A stretch of DNA of 32,000 bases from Promethearchaeota archaeon. GTDB lineage: Archaea; Asgardarchaeota; Hermodarchaeia; Hermodarchaeales; Hermodarchaeaceae. Positions 26,116 to 32,000 of this stretch are shown piece by piece. Location: positions 119,449 through 151,448 of the forward strand of contig JBHLMI010000001.1 of the NCBI GenBank assembly GCA_048938295.1, given 5' to 3'. Every line of letters begins with the position of its first letter. The stretch's first letter is position 1. Position numbers and translations under genes: made by a program. The notes under the pieces were generated by a model. It had not been told where the DNA came from. It saw only the letters and a list, made by a program, of their open reading frames with translations, and made no database searches.

Positions 26116-27507
26116 CTATCCCGTAACCGAAATCCCATCGATGAGTAAGCTAGGCGTTGTAACAAAGAGTGAAGTGATTTCCACGTTATTACCGACACCG
26201 AGAAGTTGTTCTAGCCCCTTGTAGAAGTTTCCTCCAATTGACACAGGTTCCAAAGGTCGTTTTTTCTCGCCATCCTCGATGAGAAATACTGAACTAGCGA
26301 CAGCTGAAAATTCACCCGTTTCAACCGAGCTATGAAAGATCCCGATGGGGATGTCAGTAATCAATAATCCCAGACCATCAATGGATGCGATTAGCTCTTC
26401 TTCCGACTGCGTTCCTGCGTCCACTTCCAAGTTCTTACTAAAAATCGAAGGCGCATCTTCATATGGTAAACGTGAACCAAACGGTCCTCCAGAACGCGCA
26501 CAATTACCAGTCGAAGCTTTACCCGCAATCCGTCCATAATATGAATCAAAAATGAAGCTTTTTAGCATTCCATTCTTAACAATCACAGTTCGACCTTGGG
26601 GGTGACCTTCAGCATCAATGGCTTCGGTTTCAATTCCTAATGGATTTTGACCATCATCAACTAGCGAAAAATCAGGATGCGCAATTTTTTCACCTTGTTT
26701 TTCCCGGAGAGGCGACAAGCCCTCCACAACAGTGGACCCTTTGGTAGCCTGCTGGAGACTCGAAAGGATATAACTCGCCGCAGCCCATGGCACCCATAAT
26801 GTAGGAAGGGTTGTTGTTTTCCCCAATTTCTTGGCACCAAGTAGACTAAGAGCCTTTTCTGCTGCCTTATCGCCTATCCCAGTGACGTCTAAGGCTTTAT
26901 CGCGGGTAACTAGTTCTTCTGAACCGGTCCTTCTTTCTTCACCATCAATAGCCATTGCATAGGCACTACAGGCATTATACGCTGATTTAGATGCCTGTTG
27001 AAGGCCTAGTGAATTCCCAATAGCGAAGCCACCCCATGTCTTCTCACATCCAACAGCTGCTAAAAGCCTTCCATTAGCCTTAGTCATATCACTTATCAAT
27101 TGGAGTGAATATCCTACCAAGTCGTCAGTTGTAAGCTCTAAAATCTCATGGGCGAATTTGCCTTCTTTTCCAGGAGGTTTGGGTTCGCAAAATCCCTTGA
27201 ACCGAATATCTTTTTCAGAGGTTGCTTTCAAGCTCGAAACAACATCATGCAAGGCCCTTTTGACGTGAGTAGATGAGATGCCACTCGAGGATGCAAAACT
27301 TAGTTTCTGATCTCGGGTGGCACGCACAGCGGTGCCTGCAACTATGCCGTCCGTTGCTTCTACAACGCCTTGCTTAATTTCGACATTCGATTTACTTCGA
27401 TAGTACAGATAGATTTCATATTCAGCAGCATTGTCCAGGGATTTCGCAAATTTTAAGCCTGTATCAACTTCAGACAATAAGACATCCTTGATTTCATCGA
27501 ATTCCAT
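26116..27507 (-). CDS. pmbA: PmbA/TldE-family protein
   Basis: SFASSS, DAEGHP, GNCARS, GEFSAV, ISVTG end; no HExxH; likely start ATG 27507 (ORF track 27540 overlaps tldD). Confidence 0.85.
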   Translation of the reverse strand: MEFDEIKDVLLSEVDTGLKFAKSLDNAAEYEIYLYYRSKSNVEIKQGVVEATDGIVAGTAVRATRDQKLSFASSSGISSTHVKRALHDVVSSLKATSEKDIRFKGFCEPKPPGKEGKFAHEILELTTDDLVGYSLQLISDMTKANGRLLAAVGCEKTWGGFAIGNSLGLQQASKSAYNACSAYAMAIDGEERRTGSEELVTRDKALDVTGIGDKAAEKALSLLGAKKLGKTTTLPTLWVPWAAASYILSSLQQATKGSTVVEGLSPLREKQGEKIAHPDFSLVDDGQNPLGIETEAIDAEGHPQGRTVIVKNGMLKSFIFDSYYGRIAGKASTGNCARSGGPFGSRLPYEDAPSIFSKNLEVDAGTQSEEELIASIDGLGLLITDIPIGIFHSSVETGEFSAVASSVFLIEDGEKKRPLEPVSIGGNFYKGLEQLLGVGNNVEITSLFVTTPSLLIDGISVTG

Positions 27508-27523
27508 ACGCTGGCATCTCCTC

Positions 27524-28960
27524 CTATGCTTTTCCTCCAAAAGTTACATTTTGAATGAGAAGTTTAGGTCCTCCTATTCCTGCGGGGAGTGGATATTGCC
27601 CGAATTTGCCACATCCGCCAAAGTACGAGCCCAATAAACTGATGTCACGTGTAGCACCTTCAATATGTTGTAGGAGCTCCAAGATGTTTCCAGATAGTGA
27701 GACTTCAAGGATTGGATGTTGGATTTCGCCATGTTCAACCCAATATCCTCTGTCAGCCTTAAACAGAAAACTCCCATCTCCTTCTACCTGTCCACCTGAG
27801 GTTTGAATTGCGTAAATACCCGTTCCCAATTGTTCAAGGGCTTCTTCTTCAGAAAGATCCCCTGGCTTGAAGTAGGTATTTGTCATCCGTGGAATGGGCA
27901 TGAAACCGAAGTGTACTGCTCGGCAATTACCTGTTGGTTCCTGTTCTAATTGTTGTGCGGTGCCACGGTTATGGAGATAATGTTTGAGTATTCCCCTGTC
28001 AAGAATCGTTGTCATATTTGCTCGAATACCCTGATCATCGAAGGGTAACCACATACCTCCCTCCTTATGGACATCGGGGGTCCCTCCATCAACAATTGTA
28101 GCATATTTGGTTCCAAGTTTTTTCCCGATTTTCCCCGCTAAGGGGGAGGCTCCCATGGTGACGAAATCAGCTTCACTGAGGTGGCCAAAGCTCTCATGAG
28201 CTAGCACTCCTGCCAGTTCATTATCAATGAGGGTTGCAAACTTCCCTGCTGGGCAGGGTTTCGCTTGAATTTGTTCTGCTGCAAACATTGCGGCTTTTTT
28301 TCCGACTTCTTCTGGCGTGCTTCCTTTTCGATTATATGCTTCAAGCCCAAGGCTTCCTGCATTCCGTTCAGATCCAAAGACGAGGGCACCTGAGGTCGCT
28401 TTAGATGTTACACGGCACATCATATCAACCAGAAGAAATTCCCATTCGATTTCTGATGCTTCACTATTGGTGAAAAGCTTCTGACCGGTCAGTTCACCAT
28501 AAGCGCCAGTAATGTTTTCGATTTCCTTCCCAATGTCAAAGGCTGTGTCTACCATGCGATTGACCAAATCCATCTTGTAATCTTGGCCTTTGGTATTAGG
28601 AAGTATTTTCACAGAAAGTGAATCACTAGGCCTGCTCTTGACTGGAGGTCTCGTATCAAAAGCGAGTTTGAGGGTGGCTGCCGTAGAAACAGCTTTGGCC
28701 ATTCCATAAGCGCGAGTAACCGTTTCTTCAATATCCTTTTGATCCTCGCTAGTGGTAAAGGAATAACCAGGAGTGCCATCGAAGTAGCAAGTAATTCCCG
28801 TTCCTGTTCGTGCCTTTAACATGATATCTTTCCACGTATCATCTTTTTTCGTCTTAATTCGACGTAACGTGCGCAAGGTCAAATCATCAAAACGGGCCTC
28901 GACAAAATCTGCCCCCAATTTTTCACCCAACGCGACAGCAGCATGAAGCTTATCAAGCAT
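27524..28960 (-). CDS. tldD: TldD-family metalloprotease
   Basis: HESFGHLSEAD zinc motif, FDDQG, PRMTNTY, CGKFGQ..PAGIGGP. Confidence 0.92.
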   Translation of the reverse strand: MLDKLHAAVALGEKLGADFVEARFDDLTLRTLRRIKTKKDDTWKDIMLKARTGTGITCYFDGTPGYSFTTSEDQKDIEETVTRAYGMAKAVSTAATLKLAFDTRPPVKSRPSDSLSVKILPNTKGQDYKMDLVNRMVDTAFDIGKEIENITGAYGELTGQKLFTNSEASEIEWEFLLVDMMCRVTSKATSGALVFGSERNAGSLGLEAYNRKGSTPEEVGKKAAMFAAEQIQAKPCPAGKFATLIDNELAGVLAHESFGHLSEADFVTMGASPLAGKIGKKLGTKYATIVDGGTPDVHKEGGMWLPFDDQGIRANMTTILDRGILKHYLHNRGTAQQLEQEPTGNCRAVHFGFMPIPRMTNTYFKPGDLSEEEALEQLGTGIYAIQTSGGQVEGDGSFLFKADRGYWVEHGEIQHPILEVSLSGNILELLQHIEGATRDISLLGSYFGGCGKFGQYPLPAGIGGPKLLIQNVTFGGKA

Positions 28961-29003
28961 GCAGCAAGCACCCCAAAGGAGATTATTTGGTCAGGGCTAG
29001 CAA

Positions 29004-29019
29004 ATTTATAGTATTTAAG
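29004..29019. promoter_or_regulatory. Divergent TATA-like promoter region between tldD and the LLM oxidoreductase
   Basis: ATTTATAGTATTTAAG in a 116-bp divergent gap. Confidence 0.5.
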
Positions 29020-29076
29020 CCGAACTCACCAACCGTGTTTGAAATTTCTCATGAGAAAGCAGGCTGGTGACAAAGA

Positions 29077-30018
29077 TTGAAATTTGGTGTGCAGATTGAA
29101 CCTCAGTTTGGGTATACCTTCGATGATGTTTCTGCTATTACAGATGTTGCATTGAAGAATGGATTTTCCACTATTTGGTTTTCAGATCATTTCATGTTGG
29201 ATAAGGATTCCACAGATCGAGTTCTCCTGGACCCATGGCTTCTGATGACTGCACTTACTCAACAGTACAAGAAAGTTCGTGTAGGCAGCATGGTCTTTTG
29301 TCAAAGTTATCGAAATCCTGCTTTAACCGCTAAAATGGCTGCTACCTTAGATGTCTTATCAGGTGGACGCTTAGAATTCGGTATCGGCGCTGGATGGAAA
29401 GAAATCGAATACAAGGCTTATGGGTATCCTTTTCCGTCAGCGAAAACTCGAATAGACCAGATGAATGAAGCGATTCAAATCATCCGTGGGATATGGAACT
29501 CTGAACGTTTCTCCTTTACCGGTAAACACTATCAAGTCGAAGATGTCATTGCCTTCCCTAAGCCCTTTCAGAAACCTATGCCAATTTGGGTAGGTGCTCA
29601 AAATGGCAAAGAATTCATGCTTCGTGCCACTGCAAAATATGGTGATGGGATTAATATTGCATGGATGAGCACTCCAGATGAACTTGCTACCCGCTATACT
29701 CGGCTTGCAGAGCTATGTAATAAATATGGACGAGAGACCTCGGATATTCAGAAATCACTAGGTTTGTGGACACGAATCTTTAGCACTGAAGAAGAAAAAG
29801 ACGCAGCAGTCACTGAGAATGCTAAATCACGAAATATCTCCATCGAGGACTTTCGAGAACGAATTGACAAATCATTGTGGGGCACCGCAAATCAAATTCT
29901 TACTCGGTTACGTGAATTCGAAGCGATTGGTGTAGAGCACCTTGTCTTCATGTTTCCTCATAAGCAGGAAATCAATCAGATCAAAAACCTTGGAAAATCA
30001 GTATTATCAACGTTTTGA
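29077..30018 (+). CDS. LLM-class (probably F420-dependent) oxidoreductase
   Basis: WFSDHF, YRNPALTAKMAATLDVLSGGRLEFGIGAGW, PIWVG; TTG start after GGTGA. Confidence 0.9.
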   Translation: MKFGVQIEPQFGYTFDDVSAITDVALKNGFSTIWFSDHFMLDKDSTDRVLLDPWLLMTALTQQYKKVRVGSMVFCQSYRNPALTAKMAATLDVLSGGRLEFGIGAGWKEIEYKAYGYPFPSAKTRIDQMNEAIQIIRGIWNSERFSFTGKHYQVEDVIAFPKPFQKPMPIWVGAQNGKEFMLRATAKYGDGINIAWMSTPDELATRYTRLAELCNKYGRETSDIQKSLGLWTRIFSTEEEKDAAVTENAKSRNISIEDFRERIDKSLWGTANQILTRLREFEAIGVEHLVFMFPHKQEINQIKNLGKSVLSTF

Positions 30019-30162
30019 CTAAAAATACACTGGATCTCATTTAACGGATTCTGCAGCAACCGGAAGCTTCTAATTATGAACGTTGTACAAGCCAGCAACT
30101 TAAAGCGTGGACTGGGATTGCTGAACCCATTTCAAAAAATACTCCTCTGCTGCTTGACAACG

Positions 30163-30903
30163 GTGTCGAAATTGGTCAGAAAACCAATCATAGTTCAATG
30201 TGATAAGGTCTTCAAGACATATGAGGATGGAGATCTCAAAGTTGAGGTACTCAAGGGTCTTGACTTCTCTATTACAGCGGGGGAATTTGTCGCCATTGTA
30301 GGCGCTTCTGGGAGCGGAAAAACAACTCTCATAAACCTCATGGCATTATTGGACTCGCCAACAACGGGTGATATAAGCATTGATGGACTGCCAATTAACG
30401 GTTTGGAGGACAGAGCCCTCTCTAAACTCCGTCGGGACAAGATTGGTATTGTCTTTCAAGGCTTCTATCTTCTTGATATTATGAATGCCCGTGAAAATGT
30501 TGAGGTACCAATGATATTTGCTGATGTCTCGAAAGATGAACGAATATCACGGGCTTTGGATTTACTCGACCTAGTGGGGATGCGCGAGTTCGCTGAACAA
30601 TATCCGACACAAATGTCAGGTGGACAGATGCAACGCATCGCATTCGCGCGAGCCATAGCGAACAATCCCGTCCTCCTTCTTGCTGACGAACCGACTGGAA
30701 ACCTAGATACGGCCACAGGGATTGAGATTATTAAGCTATTTCAAAAATTAGCTCATGAACAGCAAAAAGCCGTCCTAGTCGCAACCCACGACCCTGACGT
30801 TGCAGGCTCAGCCGACCGAATTCTTGTCCTCCGTCATGGAAGACTCCACACAGATACATCAATGTACGGACGTGAGAGTGATTTCCAGGAGGAGCAACTG
30901 TGA
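30163..30903 (+). CDS. ABC transporter ATP-binding protein (LolD/MacB-like)
   Basis: Walker A GASGSGKT, signature MSGGQMQR, Walker B LLLADEPTGNLD, ATHD; start probably GTG 30163 (ORF track 30076). Confidence 0.93.
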   Translation: MSKLVRKPIIVQCDKVFKTYEDGDLKVEVLKGLDFSITAGEFVAIVGASGSGKTTLINLMALLDSPTTGDISIDGLPINGLEDRALSKLRRDKIGIVFQGFYLLDIMNARENVEVPMIFADVSKDERISRALDLLDLVGMREFAEQYPTQMSGGQMQRIAFARAIANNPVLLLADEPTGNLDTATGIEIIKLFQKLAHEQQKAVLVATHDPDVAGSADRILVLRHGRLHTDTSMYGRESDFQEEQL

Positions 30904-32000
30904 CCTCTGAATCTAATCATCCTGTGATTTCCCCAAACTCATCTGGAAGCCGCTTGTATGTCGCAGGCTATGTGGGGCACAGTATTCGCAAGAACAAATC
31001 GCGGTTCTTCAGCTTACTCATCGGTATCATGATCGGGGTTGCATTAGTTTCCTCTGTTTTTGTATGGACTGATACCGATTCACATGTAGCAACACTCGAT
31101 TACTTTAACTCAAATACCTATCAATACGGAATTCACCAAATTTACCACTTCCCTGTTGATACCCAGCTAATCTATGAGGTTGAGAATTGGTGTAGAGAAC
31201 AAACAGCCTATCAGGACTCGGACATCTTCTATCAGTCTATAGGTTTTCTAAATGGAACTGACTGGAACTCATCAACTACGTACCTCCCCTACCCTTACAC
31301 CCGCGAAATTAAGGACTTCCAGGCCTTTTTTGCTGAAAACGCCTTTCTTACCCGTGTAGTTTCCCAATTTACTTACGACGGCGTCTTCCAATTAGCCCCC
31401 GGTGAATGTTTAGTAAGTACACGAGTCATTGAGGACGCAAGTGAATTTCTTAATCAAATCATAACAGTTGGATCTTACATCAATGTTACAATTGCCTCAA
31501 TCTACCAAGAGCCACTAACTTTTGGTGATATACAACCTTTCAACACGACCAATCTCCATGTCGTGGGTATTTACAATATTACAAGAAGCAACTCTCTGCT
31601 CTTCTCATCGGCTCTTGGGACCTATCGGGTAAATCATCCCGGATCTGCTCATGAAAGTGTCTTTGGTTGGAATGACGGCATTATCATGCATTATAGCCAA
31701 CTGAATTCAGCTGAGAGGGATATCTTGACGGCTAATTCTCTTTTTCCAATACTCCTTGTCCAGCTTAATCCTCAGGAAATCGCAGTGGCTGGATTAGAGA
31801 ACGTACCGACTACGATCCGGGAATTACAAGCTCAAATGGAACTACAGTTCACAGGAAGCGTCACAGTCTCGGGAGAAGATCAAGTTGTACTTCTGGAGCA
31901 GTATATTGCAGCGAGCCAATCCCGAAGAATCATGGCTGTATTAACCTTACCGACCATCTTGCTCTCTATCCTTTTGACAATATTTGCCACCAATATCTTT
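30900..32000 (+). CDS. FtsX-like ABC permease, large extracellular domain (runs off the window end)
   Basis: My translation from GTG 30900 (overlapping the ATPase stop) is open to 32000: RKNKSRFFSLLIGIMIGVALVSSVFVWTD, long soluble domain, second TM ..LTLPTILLSILLTIFATNIF; absent from the ORF track because it has no stop in the window. Confidence 0.88.
   Translation, partial: MTSESNHPVISPNSSGSRLYVAGYVGHSIRKNKSRFFSLLIGIMIGVALVSSVFVWTDTDSHVATLDYFNSNTYQYGIHQIYHFPVDTQLIYEVENWCREQTAYQDSDIFYQSIGFLNGTDWNSSTTYLPYPYTREIKDFQAFFAENAFLTRVVSQFTYDGVFQLAPGECLVSTRVIEDASEFLNQIITVGSYINVTIASIYQEPLTFGDIQPFNTTNLHVVGIYNITRSNSLLFSSALGTYRVNHPGSAHESVFGWNDGIIMHYSQLNSAERDILTANSLFPILLVQLNPQEIAVAGLENVPTTIRELQAQMELQFTGSVTVSGEDQVVLLEQYIAASQSRRIMAVLTLPTILLSILLTIFATNIF

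Noticed and set aside
140-30716. Remaining short ORF-track entries (60-125 aa) overlapping assigned genes
   Set aside because: All are nested in or antisense to genes with clear family motifs and lack recognisable features
1-32000. Mobile elements, prophage or defence systems
   Set aside because: No transposase, integrase, terminal repeats, nuclease/methylase genes or obvious compositional break seen

Overview
Gene-dense archaeal chromosomal window with GGTGA/GGAGG ribosome-binding sites, TATA-like promoters, type II MetAP, archaeal GlyA and an F420-type LLM oxidoreductase. A Rpo5/Rpb5 subunit carrying a eukaryote-like N-terminal domain suggests an Asgard or related archaeon (inference). Most genes are housekeeping or peptide/organic-substrate catabolism: M29, M20, MetAP and TldD/PmbA peptidases, a CoA-transferase-like pair, a PfkB kinase, an RNase Z-like protein, and CorA, MFS and ABC transporters. 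No tRNA, rRNA, CRISPR array or mobile element was seen. The standout is a candidate cytoskeletal or segregation module at 19172-24915. It consists of a 914-aa all-helical repeat rod, a divergent CetZ/tubulin-family GTPase and a 336-aa helical protein in an apparent operon, met tail-to-tail by a coiled-coil/winged-helix protein; a second protein of that architecture lies at 13035-14039. Other notable items: a probable ~160-nt structured ncRNA on the minus strand (about 3505-3665), inverted repeats that would hide Shine-Dalgarno sites, a CoA-transferase beta subunit lacking the catalytic Glu, and a CorA with GMYN in place of GMN. All family calls come from motif recognition by eye; no database searches were run.
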